In this document: positions 50,258 to 63,706 of the stretch, piece after piece
Layout of the letters: each line of letters starts with the position of its first letter
Position numbering within the stretch: the stretch's first letter is position 1
Source: Camelus dromedarius
Taxonomy: Eukaryota
NCBI RefSeq assembly: GCF_036321535.1
Contig: NC_087437.1
Span: forward strand, 66,590,001 to 66,654,000
Reading direction: 5' to 3'
Length of the DNA stretch: 64,000 nucleotides
Program-made: the position numbers and the translations under genes
Notes under the pieces: model-generated
Database searches by the model: none
The model's input: the letters and a program-made list of their open reading frames with translations, nothing else
What the model was told of the DNA's origin: nothing

Positions 50258-51359
50258 GTTTTCTGAAAAGAACCCTGGGCAGTGAAATGAGCAGTTGCCC
50301 TGGGGGCTAGGTTCACTCTGGTCTGAACATCCCATTCCCAAGGATTTCAAGCTCCCCATTCCAGCCTCATCACTTGTCCTTATGAGCAGTCCAGAGCCTT
50401 CCAGTGCCCAGCACGTGGCTGCCCAGCCAGGTGGTAGAAAGAACCTCAATGAGCTTTATATGCTCTACAGTACCTTCCAACAGATCCCTTGACATTTTAT
50501 GGTCAAGGTTACGAAGGGGCTTTTTACAATACTGAACCAAAAAAGGTAACATGAAACTCCTGCCTTCCAGGGAGCTGAAAATCTGGCCCATCTTCAATAC
50601 CAAACAGCCCATTTCCACGTCTACTTCTGTGATAAAGAAGGGGCACCTGACGGCCAGCTCATCTTAGAGAGAGAGACCAGCAGGAGCAGCAGGGCACACA
50701 GTGACCACAGCACAGGGCTCCAGTCCTGGTGCCGTTAACAGCTACCTCGCATTCCTGCCATGGAACAAAGCCATGTGCAGAATCACAGAAGTTGAGACTG
50801 CAGACTGATTTGTGCAGTCCTCTTCACGAGGAAGACAGCTATTTCAGGTTTCTGGAATGGTTATCTGCCTTCAGAGGTAACTGGGAGGCACATGTATAAC
50901 AAGCATGTGGATCTGGGGTATACTGGGATGTGATACTGTGAGCAGTCTGTGGGAACCCCATTTGGAGAGTGCTGACAGTGATTTCCTCACCTCCACATCT
51001 GAGCCCCAGACCTGGTCCCCAAGTCCCCTTGCATCTCCTTTCTGAGCAGACAGGTCTTGGACACCTGTGCGACGAAGTCCACTCTGACAGTGCAACCTTC
51101 AGGCTCCTTGGCCTGTGGCAGCTTCAGCTCCCACAGGACACAAGAGAGGAAGATGCCTAATCTGATCACCTCATTTGCCTGCCCTGATCTTAGTTTTGTT
51201 TTTTTGTTTTTTGTTTTTTTTTTAAGAAATGATGAAAAGACTCTGCTTGAGATGAGACTTGAATCACATACATGAATTTATCTGCTTTTTGGTCATATAG
51301 GAAAGGCTGCATCCATCAGACAGAGAATTAAGGGGCCTTTTAAATGAGCATAGTATGTC

Positions 51360-54300
51360 ACAAAGCAAGGCCCACAGACATCACAGACTCAGTATATTCC
51401 AGACAACATTATCTAAATAAAATGTAATAAAATTAGAAATCAATGACAAAAATTATTTTAAAATATACTTGAAGATTTAAAAATTCCCTTTTAAGTAACG
51501 AATGAGTTAAAAATAATCATAACAGAGACTAGAGTATTAAAAAGTAAATGACAATAGAACCAATACAATATCAAAACTTGAGTAAAGTAGCTAAAACAGC
51601 ACTAGGGGGATTTGAATAACCTTAAATGCAAATATTAGGGGGCAAGAGAAAAGGCACAGATTAGGTAACCTTGTAACTCAGAGAGTTAAAAAAAAAACCC
51701 AACAATACAGCAACTTCAAATAAAACATAGGAAAATAGTACAAAGGAAGCAGTTGAAATTTAAAAAAACAATGAAATATAAACGGTATCATTAGCAACTC
51801 AGCCTTGCAGTGGCTCAGGCTGACCTTCCTGGAGATCTTTGACTCTTCTCTCTCTCCCACATCCCCATACAACTGGAGAGTAAATCTCCAGAACAAAATA
51901 TTCAGAATTAAAACTATTCTCACCATCTACACTGTTACCACCTTGGTCCAAGCCATTTTCAACTCTCAAAATTATTACGTAGCCTGCAATGCTTTTCCTG
52001 CCTTCATTCTTGGCCTCCTTCAGTCTATTTGCAACGCAGTAGCCAGAAAAGTAAGTCAAATCATGCCAAACCTCCATGCAATAGCCTCCAAGGCATTTCA
52101 CTCAGAATAAAAGCCAGAGTCTTAACAATGGAAGAAAGCCCTAAATGTTTCAGGCCCTCCCCTCCGGGAGCCCTTGCCTGTCCAGACTATTGTTTCCTCT
52201 GTTCCAGCCACTATCCTCCTAGCTCTTCCTCACTCTGGACAGGTTCCCACTTGAGGGTCTGTGCACTGGTTGCTCCTTCTGCCGGCAGCGTCTTCCCCAG
52301 ACATCCACAGGACTAATTCCCTTGCTTCTTTCAAGTCTTTGCTTGTCAAATGTCATCTTCTCTCCTCTAACCACCCTATTTAAATTGGAACCCACCTATG
52401 CTTCCCTCACCTCTGTCCTCTCATTCTTCCTTATCCTGATCTACTTATTTTTAAAACAATCATCACCTAATCAAGTTTTTTATTTATTAGTTTATTATTA
52501 AACTTATTGTTTATTAATTTCCCTGCATTAGAAGATAACTTCAAAGGAAGGGATTTTTATCCATTTTGTTTACTCTACTGACTAGAATAGTATCTTCCAC
52601 ACATAACAAACACCAAAAGGTAGTTCTTTGAAAAGAACGATAAACTAGATGTACTTTAAGAAAACTAGACGTACTTTTGATAAGATAGAGTAAGAAACAG
52701 AGAGAAGTCACAAATAAACAATATAGAGAATAAAAACGGGATATAAACACAGTAGATTTTTAAACTGCAAAAGAGCATGTTTATACCCACACAACAGTTA
52801 AAAATACAGATATTTTCCTAGAAAATGCATAATTTCCTAAAAAAAAAAAAAGCTTACTGAAACTCAGTCAAGAAAGAAGGAAAAAAAAGAACAGAAAATC
52901 AAATGTAAAGGAAATGAAACAGTAGTTTTAAACCTATTAATTGAAAAATTCTATCAGTTTTACAGAGAAGTTCTAACAACCTTTCAATTCTTATCTTACG
53001 CATACTGTTCCAGAGAATAGAAGAGGAGAGAAAGAATCCAAACTCATTCTATGAAAATAACCAGAATGTCAAGACTGGGCAAGGAAAGAAAGAGAAGGGA
53101 AAAGCAAAGGCCAGTTTCACTATTACACGTAGACATAAAAACCCTAGATAAAATATCAATCTTTCAAAGATAACAAGAACCAAAAACATACCATGGCCAA
53201 GCAGAATTTAATCCAAGAAATAAAAAGATGATTTAACATTAGAAAATGTATTAATGCATTTCACGTATGAACAAATTAAAGGGAAACTCATATGCTCATC
53301 TCAATAGATGAAAAAAATAATAATAAAATTCAATATCCAACACTCCTTAACATAAGAAAGAAAGGTGTCTACCAAAAGCCTATGGCAAGAATCATACTTA
53401 TTGGTGAAATATTAGAAGCATGTCCTCTAGAACTGGGAACAAATGAGAATGTCTGCTATCAGTGCTTCTATTCGATACTGGACTGGACGTTCTAGTCCTA
53501 GCTAGTAAAACAAGACAATAAAATAGGATAAAAGTTACAATGTTTAAAAAGGGGGAGAAAAAAATTGCCAATATTTACAGATGATAGGATAAAACTATCC
53601 ATCCCATTCAAGACTATGGAATATGGTACAGTGAATCATGCTCAGATACCCCTTCCTCCCAACCACCACTTCAGCCAAAGAGTAATGACAGATGAATACC
53701 CAAAAGAGAGAGAGAAAAAGACACAGACCATCTCAAATATAAAAATAATATCTCCATAAATAAGAATAAGAATGGAACTGCAAAATGGTGCTGGGTTCCA
53801 GGTCTGGGAGAAGGCAGTGGCTGTAAGAATTCAGCTCTGTGAGGTCAGAGGGGTCTAAGAGCACCCCACATCAGGTATGGAAGACCAGCACCAGGCCCAC
53901 CTGTGGTAGCCAGTGGTGGAGAAGGGCTCCCCAACTCAGGAAAGGAAGCTACAAACAAAAACGCTACTGACTTTTTACTGAGGCTATAACCTTATTTAAG
54001 GAGACAGGATGGAAAGACAAGGCTCACTCACAGGAGCTGAGGCAACCCACCTGGCTGGAGGAGAGAGGGTAAAGATGGAGGCTCAGGTGGGGAGACAGAG
54101 AGACAAGGGAGAGACCAAAAGCAAATTTTTCTTTGAAAATTAAAAAAACTAATCTATTGTGTTAGAAGTCAAGATAATAAGTTATCTTTGGGGTGGTAGT
54201 GATTAAGATGGCATATAGTGAGTGGGTTTTAAGAACCTGGTAATGTTTTATTTCTTGCTCTGGAAGATGATTACACAGGTGAATTCATTCTGAAAATTCA

Positions 54301-55440
54301 TCTATCTATGTATTAATAATCTGTGTGCTTTTCTGTATATATTTTGTACTTCAGGAACAAGTTTATTTTCAAAAAAGCTTGCAAACAAAATGCTTAAATA
54401 CATAAAGAAATCAATGTTTACAAAGATAGTCAAGAAAGCCAATAAGTGGATCATGAATTCATTTCAGGCGAAATAAAATTTAAAAAATCTTTGACATAGT
54501 TTAAAATAAGGATGCTGAGAATGTACAAGGATAAAAATAAAGACAGAGTATAAGAAATTATAAAATCAAAACAGGTATAAATGACAAGATATACGGTAAA
54601 AAGTTAATTAAAATTTTTGAAATGAAAAAGATAGTCACTGCAATAAAGATGGAATAAGTAGTATAATGTCTAGTAGAGAAATAAAAGTTTTTGATTGACA
54701 ATTGATGGAGAGGCTCCAACATTCATTTAGTAGCTGTTCTCTAAAGGAAGAAAATGGGAGAAGCAATATTTTGGAAAGGTAATTGTTAAGAATTTTTCAT
54801 AACTAAAAGAAGATATAAATTCTCTAATCAAAAGTTATACTCAGGGTAATGAGCAAGATAAAAATAAATAAATCTATACTAGGCAGATGACACTATTAAG
54901 TATAAAAGATATTCTTAAAGATTCCCAGACAAATGCATTGGAAAACTTAAAAGCAATGGATAATTTTCTAGAAAAATATAATTTCCTGAAACTGACTCAA
55001 GAAGAAATATAAAATCCAAATAAACCTACCAGCATCAAGAAATTAAACTGGGAATCAAGAGTCTTCTCTGGCCATAAAATACACTAAGGCCAGATAGTTT
55101 TATGTGAGAACTCCACCAAACTTACAAATTACAGATAACCTTTATCTTATGTAAAACTGTTTCATAGAATAGAAACTTATGAGGTTATACTCATCTTAGT
55201 ACCAAGACCAGGAAAGTGCAATGCAAGAAAATTATAGATAAATTTTCTTTATGAACAAATATGCAAGATAATAACTATAAATATATACAAAAATAAAAAT
55301 AAATGTTGGCAAATAAAATTCAACATGACTGAAGGATTTGTCCCTGGTGATCTTTGTCTAAACTCACAGAATTTAGAAGAAAACATGAAAGATTATCTTT
55401 ATAGAAAGATTGCTTAAACAAGACACCAGAAGCACAAATT
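51360..55440 (+). mobile_element. Fragmented old L1 (A-rich ORF2/ORF1 pieces) with nested L2 (~51800-52620), in PLA1A intron 1, antisense to the gene
   Basis: aaattagaaatcaatgac, aaactgactcaagaagaaata, aactcattctatga, catatgctcatctcaatagatg resemble L1 ORF2 segments. Many stops; boundaries approximate. Confidence 0.7.
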
Positions 55441-55474
55441 GCAGTAAGAAATAAGAATTAAGACAACAACTTAA

Positions 55475-55832
55475 GAGAAAGAAAAATACCATATGAGATC
55501 ACTCATATGTGGAATCTAAAAAACAAAAACAAAAAAACAAAGCATAAATACAAAACAGAAATAGACTCATAGACATAGAATACAAACTTGTGGTTGCCAA
55601 GGGGGTGGAGGGTGGGAAGGGATAGACGGAATTTTAAAACTGTAGAATAGATAAACAAGATTATACTGTATAGCACAGGGAAATATACACAAGATCTTAT
55701 GGTAGCTCACAGAGAAAAAAATGTGACAATGAATATATATGTTCATGTATAACTGAAAAATTGTGCTCTACACTGGAATTTGACACAACATAGTAAAATG
55801 ATTATAAATCAATAAAAAATGTTAAAAAAAAA
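55475..55832 (+). mobile_element. Young 5'-truncated L1 3' end with perfect 15-bp TSD
   Basis: gagaaagaaaaataccatatgagatcactcatatgtggaatctaaa...tgacacaacatagtaaaatgattataaatcaataaaaaatgttaaaaaaaa. TSD aagacaacaacttaa 55460-55474 / 55833-55847. Confidence 0.92.
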
Positions 55833-57089
55833 AAGACAACAACTTAATACTACTTTCCCTATGTGACTGACAATATGAAAACCATTTGATAATACAAAGT
55901 GTCAGTGGAGAGGTGGGGAAACAGCTATGCTCACATACTAATAAACAGTGATAACTTCCTTGCAGGACAATTTTTCTCACATCTATCAAAATGTATAAGA
56001 GACAAATCCTTTTAGATCTAGTATACAGTGTATAAACAGCCATTTCATAAAATAAGATATATGGTCATTTTACAAACACAAACACACACACACACACACA
56101 CTAAATGACTGAGTTAGGAGAAAGCACACATGAAGCTAAGGAGCACCTTATCAACGCCACCCATTGATGCACATAGTGAATACACTATGCAAGCTGAACT
56201 TTGGAACAGGGAAGGGGTGCTGAGTAAAGGCCTAAAGTGTTACAAAGGAGGTACAAAAATGTAAGCCCTCTTGGAAGATGTGAAGAGCAGAAATCAACAA
56301 AAAGGCAGTGTGAGCAGCTCCAGGCAGAAGGAATGAAACATTCTAAAGCTGAGGAATGAGAATTAAATGTCTCATGGAGGTGACAGAAAAGCAGTCTGCT
56401 GTTGGGGACAGAGGGAAGGGAGCTTTCCGAGGGTGATGCCACTGCTGGGAGGAGGAGGGGACCTTCACTCTCTGAGATTCTCTACCACAGGAAGGTTTAG
56501 ACTTGCTATATTAAGCAAGGGGGAGCACTGGGTGGGATTTTCACGGGGAAAGGTACAATGCAAATGGCATCTGAGGGAATCTGTGCTAAAGGTCATCGGT
56601 CATCTGTGGTTAACAGGACTAGTTATCATAGTCCTGCCAGGAGGGACGACAAACCTGAAATCGAATTGGGTTGGCAAGATTAGAAAGGACCTCTAACAAT
56701 CTCAACGACAAAAATTGTTGTTAGTTTGGAAAGTTTAAATTTTTAAATTAAATACATCTTAGAACAGTGGATAAGGTGAAAATGAATCACTTTTTGGAAT
56801 TAATCAAATTTTATTTTCTTATACTCTTCCTGGCTTGTGCAAGGTGAAAAGGAGTAATGCAGATTTTAGAAAATGAGTAAAACAACTAGAGGAAGTTCAA
56901 TGTTTGTGACTTGAGAAAGTGCTATCATTCCCAGTATGATTGTAGGTTTTTCCCTCCCTCTTTTAAATTCATCTCAGGAGAGGGCTTTTAGGGGACCTTC
57001 CAAAGGTTAGCACTGCATAAATAGATGGCTTGAAAAATAGAATTATTGACTGAAAGAAGTCCCACCCAAGGCTGGAGCCCCCGACCTAC

Positions 57090-57159
57090 CTGTACTTTCA
57101 ACACTGAGCCACAGGAGCCCCCACGACCAGAAGCATCTCTCCCAGAGGCCTGGGGGCAT
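57090..57159 (-). CDS. PLA1A: Phosphatidylserine-specific phospholipase A1, exon 1 (signal peptide)
   Basis: gcgATG at 57159. Encodes MPPGLWERCFWSWGLLWLSVEST(G). Donor CAG|GTAGGT; 70 nt. Confidence 0.9.
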
Positions 57160-57500
57160 CGCCGAGCTGGAAGTCTCAGAGCTGGTGTGAAGTTGACCCC
57201 TAATGCTGAAGAGATCGATCACATAACCCAGCCTCCCAGAGTTTTGAACACCAAATGCCCCGCTTGGGTCTCACTAACCATTAACTGGCCCCATGACCTG
57301 TAAAAGAAAAGCAAACTCTCCCTATTTGTTTAACTTCCACAGTTTTTCTGTTTCTTCTTCTCAATGAAAATAAATATACTTTTCTTTTTTTTCTTAGAGC
57401 AGGGGACATGAAAACACACTGTCCTTCCTCTCTGAGCCAAACATCATCAGGAAACGGTTTCCTGCACCTCTCCCACTTCCCATCATAAAACGTTAGTAAA
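57160..57500 (-). promoter_or_regulatory. PLA1A 5' UTR/proximal promoter with DR2 nuclear-receptor-like element and ETS motifs
   Basis: AGGTCAtgGGGCCA (- strand) 57286-57299; inverted GGAA pair CAGGAAACgGTTTCCTG 57448-57464; FOX-like tatttgtttaac ~57323-57334. Confidence 0.4.
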
Positions 57501-58344
57501 AGCCAAGGCAGAAGTCTTTCATCTCTAGAGGATCACAAAACCCTCACTGTACCGGAATCATCTGTGGACATGTTTGTTCCCCTAGGAGGGCTCTGAGCAG
57601 CTTGAGGGCAAAAACTTTTTTTCATTTTTGCATCCCCAGTGCCCAGTACAGAGATGAGCCAACAATACATGGTTAGTGTACATTTAACAGAAAGAACGGA
57701 AGAAGATGAAGTTGGTCTCTGATAGAGAGTACTATCCCTTTATAGAATCTTGGGACTAGAAGTAAAGTCCAACCTCTAAGAAGAGACGTTCAACCTGTTG
57801 AATTCACATAAAGAAACCAAGAAGTAAAGAATGAAAATGACCCACGGAGACCCTGCTGATGGAAGTGGCAGAGCTGGCTTGGAACCAGGGTGTTTCCAGT
57901 GTACTGTGAGGCCTCTCCACTCAGGGTAGTGGCAGAAACCACAAAGCACTAGTCTGGGGGAAGGGGAAGGTAGGGTACTTGCCCAGCACTCCTTAAAGTG
58001 TAGCACATTGCTGGGAGGCAGAGAACCCACCAGCAGGGCAGTACGGAACTTTCTGGATAGTAGCTCTGTGAGGTGAGTACTGTCTACATGTAGCTTCAGG
58101 GCATAGAGGGGTTAAGTACCTTGCACGAGCTCATGCAGAGCTGGGATTTGAAGCAGGACAAGCTAGCCCAGAGGCCACACTCTGAACTACTGCACCAACA
58201 GGCTGCACCAACCACTGGACCAAACTGTGCCAGGCCTGCTCAAGACAAGGATAAAACTATCATGCACAGATCCCACTGCTCAGGCGCTGCTGCCACCAAG
58301 AAGAAGAGTGGCAGTATACAGGGCACTATTGGAGGCTGTTCTGA

Positions 58345-58750
58345 GGTCATAGACCAAGCCAGGTGTAGAAGTCCAGGTCCTCAGAGAAAAGATGCCAGGA
58401 TGGGACTAGGTGTGCAAGAGATTTATTGGGGATAACACCTGTGAAGAGTAAGGGGAGCTGAAGATGGCAAGGAGAGCCTTTAGACCGTGATCAGGGCTGA
58501 CATCTGTGAAGGACAGGGAGAAGGAAAGTCTTGGAATGCCCCACAGTTCCTAGAATGTCCTGCCAAGGGGACAGGGGAAGCCTCAAGCACAAGTCTCCTA
58601 TTAAAGCAGCCCGGTGTTCTATGACAATGAGCTGTATTAGCAGCCTTATGTTGCTCCATCACTAGCTAGGGTCAGACTCAGCATAAAGACGAGGGTAGAT
58701 CCGGAAAGGCAGCAGCTGGGACCATCAATCAATAAGGTTCCCCACAGCGG
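58345..58750. mobile_element. Old MaLR/ERVL-type LTR remnant
   Basis: gtcctcagagaaaagatgccaggatgggactaggtgtgcaagagatttattggggga...; family assignment uncertain. Confidence 0.45.
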
Positions 58751-58919
58751 GAGACAGAGGACCGCATTTCTCCTGACCACCTCGCCACAGCCGGGCTAGT
58801 CATTCCAGTTATTCCAGCACACCGTTCCCTGTGCAGCAACACAGCTGGCATTTAGAGCACCTTCCCTATCACATTCATCATTTAGTACAGTGCTCTCCAC
58901 ACGCGGTTGGAATGGTCCT

Positions 58920-59050
58920 GGGCAGAATCCTGCCTTAGTATCACTGAGGGAACCTCAGGCAGACTGCTGGGCCCAACCCAGACACACCGAATGAGAATGT
59001 TTGGGGTTGGGCCCAGGACTCTGCATTCCAGTGGGTCCACAGGTGACGGT
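58920..59050. mobile_element. MER5-like hAT-Charlie fragment
   Basis: gcagactgctgggcccaacccagacacaccgaatgagaat...tgggcccaggactctgcatt, with internal palindromy typical of MER5. Similar pieces at ~24212-24560 and ~34905-35050. Confidence 0.6.
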
Positions 59051-59816
59051 ACACATAGCTGGCTCCATTTATCATGGAGGAAAGTAAAGCTCACAGAAGC
59101 CAGTGGCCTGGGGAGCACTGCTTCAGGGGGCCAGGAAAGTGGGGTCCTCCTGGAAAATGAGGTGACATGTTTTAGACCGAGAACTTTCTACCAGGAGATA
59201 CTGCGGGAACATCAGTTTATAATTAGTGTATGTGGTCCATCTTCCCCAAGAGAATGTCAGCCTCAGGAGGGCAAAATTCTAGTCTCTTCTGTTCAGTGAG
59301 GTATCCCCAGAGCCTAGCACAGTGCCTACCACACGGCCAGTACTCAATACTTGCTAAGGGAAGGCACTGTGCATCTGGCAGGGCGTGCTCACTTAGAGAG
59401 GACAGTGGGAAGGGGCCTGGTACTGAGACAGCATCTAGGCCCCCATTGTAAAGTGGAGTTGGAGGCTTTGCTTGCCTAGGGTCCGGGAACACAGGGAGGC
59501 ACGCAACAGACCGAGGACACTGTGTGCAGTGTCCGGGGCTCACTGTTCAGGGTTCCTGCTGTGTGCTTGCTGCCTAGAACAGTGCCTGGCATATAATATG
59601 GGCTCGTTAAATACTTGTTTTGAAAGAAAGAGAGGAAGAGAAGGGAGTGGAGGGGAAGACAGGGGAGAGGATGGCTATAGGTTACAACCCCTAGAATCCA
59701 CAGAATCCCTTTCAGCGTCCCCTGCCTGCTTGTTCCCAGCTCAGATTCCCAGCCTCCTCCCCTTCCCTCAGGATCTCTAAGCTGACAGTTCCATAAGTGA
59801 ATAAGCTTTTATGTAT

Positions 59817-59842
59817 GTGCGTGCGTGCGTGCGTGCGTGCGT
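59817..59842. repeat. (GTGC)n microsatellite (alternating purine-pyrimidine)
   Basis: gtgc x6 plus gt. Confidence 0.9.
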
Positions 59843-62800
59843 ATTTAGAATCACTGCCTTCAGTTAGGGATGGGGAGGATATAAACTAACATAATAACTA
59901 ATATAAACTAATCTTAGGAAATTATAATTATGGGCCTCACCAGTTTATGACTATAAAATGAGGTCACATTAATTTTTTAAAGTGTCGTCTTTAATAATTC
60001 TACGTGTAAATGGGTTTTTTAAAATCAAGAAGTACAAAAGCACGTGGTGAAAAATAAATCTCCACCCCCTCCTCCCAGCCCCCCAGATCTAGCAGAAGGC
60101 AGTCATTGCTAACATTTCCTTGCATGTACTTCTGGAGATACTCTGTGCCATCCTTTTCAAACGTTTTAGATATTTGCTGACCACTACACAAACCCGCTGC
60201 ACCTTGCTTTTCACACTAAACAAAATTCTTTGCAACTGCCGTATTCTTTTTTTAAGGTTGCATAGAAGCCCATTAGAACTTTTCACAAAATTTTAGTGCA
60301 CAACCTAAAATGGCTCAAGACCTTACCCTACTCAGTTTTCAGGAAGTCCAATTTTGCCAGGTTCCTTTCCAATTATGGAGCCTCCACTCCTGATGTTCTG
60401 TATGTACCACACATGAGCACACGTGCGTGCACAGGCACAGACAGACACGCACACATACACACACCCCTTCTCAGGACAAACCATAATGCACGAGCACAAG
60501 ACAATCTCACCTCTTATGGAGAGAGAGTACTTCATGCCCTTTGTGTTCCAAACGGCCTAATTCTGCTTTCATTTTAAAGCTGTGTTCTGACTGTTTTGCC
60601 AGGAAGAATTAGTTAAAGCCTTGCTTTAAATTTGTTAGGACAAATGTACCAGAGGTGTCTCCAAGCCTCTAAATGTTGGGAAAGACTGAAAACTGCAGCT
60701 TTTAAATGACAGTTTGGTACTAAATTCTACGGTTTAGTGTTTGCTTCCTGAGATCTCCTAACTACAAAGTAAAGTGACTTCTGAACCTTGAGAGCTCGGC
60801 ACTGGGTGTACAGTACTGCAGGTCGGTTCCATGAGAAGGTTGAAGGGAGAGGAGTCCCCCTGTGTTCTGTCTTCCAAGTAGTGGAAGAAATGGATTGAAA
60901 GTGACCCATTTGCCTATTTCACAGTTTTAGCTGGACTCAGCTCTGCCTGCTCCTTACCCCTGCCCCCAACATGGATCTCAAACCCACAACTAGCTTTCCT
61001 CTTGACGTCACCTTCCCCGTTGTGGGTAAGACATAGGCTGCTGCATCATCCCACTCCTGGGTTTCATTCTGGCTTTGTCTAAGGAAACATTTTCTAATTA
61101 TAGCTAACAATTAGAGTGTGGTAGGATTGGAGACAAGCAGACCTGGGTTTAAACCCCAGCTCCATCTCATCCCAGCCACGTGACTTTGGACACATGGCAG
61201 CTTCTCTGAGCCCAATTTCTTCATCTGTTAATGGGCTCTGGTGAACTGCCTGACACACAGCAACTTTCTTCCTCCTCCTCTCTTTCCTTCCCCAAGTGGA
61301 GAGAGTCTCACTAACTCCTTAGCTGTCACTCTTCCCAAACCCCAAACCCCAAACATGAGAAAATGATGGCAAGGCTGCCCCTTCTGCCCTGTCTGGATGA
61401 CCCCTGGATACTTAACCAAACTTTATTCCCTGGGGAGCTGATCCACTGGGATGGTTGACTGTGAAATCATCAGTCTCCATTCCCTCCCTCACACCCCTAG
61501 CAGCTCTGGCTGTTTTAAAAAGACGCACATTTACTTGCCCTGGAGAGGCAGAAGAGTAAATGGAGAATGTGGTAGCTGGAGAAACTTGGAGAAGGGCAGA
61601 TGAGGCCAATGCTAATTTTACAGATCTTAAAAGGTGTATACTGCCAAGATTTCTAGAGAACGTCTAGCAATCAGAGGTAACAAAGAAAGCAAATGTAGTA
61701 GTCATCTAGCATGTCAAAGGATATCATTAATCCCTGTAATGTTACTCATGACCTATTCTGTTTTTCAGTACACGTATGTTAACTTGATTAGCATGACAAA
61801 CTCATACTGTCATTCAGGTCATCTTTCAAATTTACTCTAACATTATGTATATCATTAAGTTTGTTATCTCTTTTCTCTGTTCAATCTCATCCTCCCTCCT
61901 TCTCCCCATCTCTCACATATGCACATAGCCCAGCACTCAGAGTCACAGCGGGAGGGAAAGTACACAGTCCAGGAGCTCAAATGCGGGTGTGGGAAAGGGT
62001 GGATGGGTGTGGCAGGTGTTCTCTTCTGACTGCTTGTATTTCCTCAGAGAAGTAGGAAGCAAGGTTGCCAACTGAGAGTAAAGTGGAGCGGAGGTTTTGA
62101 GTTCTGAGAAAAAAAGAGTCTGAAGTGTGACTATGATGAAGAGTGAGAATTTGCAAAGTAAACATAATAGGATCTTTAAAGAGACATTCTCTGTTGTCTC
62201 CGATGGTGACTGAAGTTTCACACTGGAAAACAAAAACCGCTAAGACTCCACCCTCCTACCTCCCATCACCCCCTCCCCCCAACATGCACCCCCACCACCA
62301 CGCCCTAAGGAGACTGGAAGGACATGGAAAGACAAATTCCAGTAGGGCTTACTAGGAGGCCGACTTCCCTTCCCCACCTCCCCCAGCTGAAAATCAGCAC
62401 TTTGAAGGAAAAATCATGAGAATCATATTCTGTAGGAGTTTTCCTTCCCTCCCTGAAAGGGGAGGAAAGGCGGTGCTCTACCTCACCCTCACAACAAGCC
62501 AAAAGAGGGGGAACTACCAGCTCAGACTGACGGTGACCACGTGAAGGTGACAGTGGCATCTACTTCCAAGTTGGCTGTCTGCTGAGCAGCCTGATCTGTC
62601 CTCTGTGAGAGGGATGGGGGGTATGTAGAGAGAACAGCAGGTGGGACAGCCTGCACTGCACTGCACTGCACTGGTGGATGTGACCAGGAAGGATGAGTTT
62701 CCCTCAGGATGAGTGGAGCCCTCAGAAGACAACCAGCTTGAGCCTTTCCCACCAATGCTCTACTGAAGAGGGTGGTCTCAGGGCAACACTGGAGAGGGAC

Positions 62801-62947
62801 AGGGAACCCCAAAAGAGGGAGGGGAGGAATGAAAGAGGCATCCATGTCCCCGTTTCTCCTCTAAGCCCCTTGGCTTGGGACTGACTGTAGTGGGAAAGAA
62901 AGAGGGCAAGTTATTAAAGTCTTAGAATTGATTAAACTGAACTGGGA

Positions 62948-63706
62948 TTCCCACTTCTGGGTACATACCCAAAGGAAATGAAAACGGGGTATCAAAGAGG
63001 TAGCTGTGCCCCAAAGAGGTAGCTGTGCCCCAGGCTCTGGTGAACTGCCTGACACACAGCAGCTTTCTTCTTCCTCCTCTCTTTCCTTTACTGCAGTATT
63101 ATTCACAATAGCCAAGACAGGGAAACAACCTAAGTGTCCGTCAACAGATGAATGGATAAAGATTTGGTACATACATACAATGGAGTATTATTTAGCTATG
63201 AGAAAGAAGGAAATCCTGCCATTTGTGGTAACATATGGACCTTTGGACATTATGCTAAGTGAAATAAGCCAGACAGAGAAAAACAAGTATTACAAGATAC
63301 CACTTATATGTGGAATCTAAAAAAACAAAGCCAAACTAATAGAAATAGAGTAGAAAAGTAGTTGCCAGGGGCTGGGGGGTGGGGGTAGTGGTGACAGAAA
63401 TAGGGAGAGGTTGGTAAAAGGGTACAAACTTTTGGCTATACGATGAATAAGGTCTGAATACCTAATGTAAAAATAGTGACTATAGTTGATAACACTATAT
63501 ATTGTGTAGCTGAAATTTGCTAAGATAGAACATAAATGTTTTCACCGAAAAAAACAGATAAATATGTGAAGTGATGGATATGTTAATTAACTAGATGAAG
63601 GAAAACCTTTCACAATATATACGTGTATCAAATCACTACAATGTACACTTTAAATATCTTACGATTTTCTATGTCATTTATACCTGGATAAAGCTTAAAA
63701 TTTTTA
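62948..63706 (+). mobile_element. L1MA-type 3' end carrying an internal rearrangement
   Basis: tcccacttctgggtacatacccaaaggaaatgaaaac...tattcacaatagccaaga...acaacctaagtgtcc...ttatatgtggaatctaaa...tgtacactttaaatatcttac. Possible decayed TSD aaactgaactgggat / aaacttcactgggat. Confidence 0.9.

Noticed and set aside
52642..52680. Short tandem duplication aaactagatgtacttt/aaactagacgtacttt (similar small ones near 35105 and 42702)
   Set aside because: Ordinary slippage-type duplications with no sign of function.
62861..63320. ORFs resembling the L1 ORF2 C-terminus (also 23114-23314 and 31224-31538)
   Set aside because: Decayed L1 fragments, not genes.
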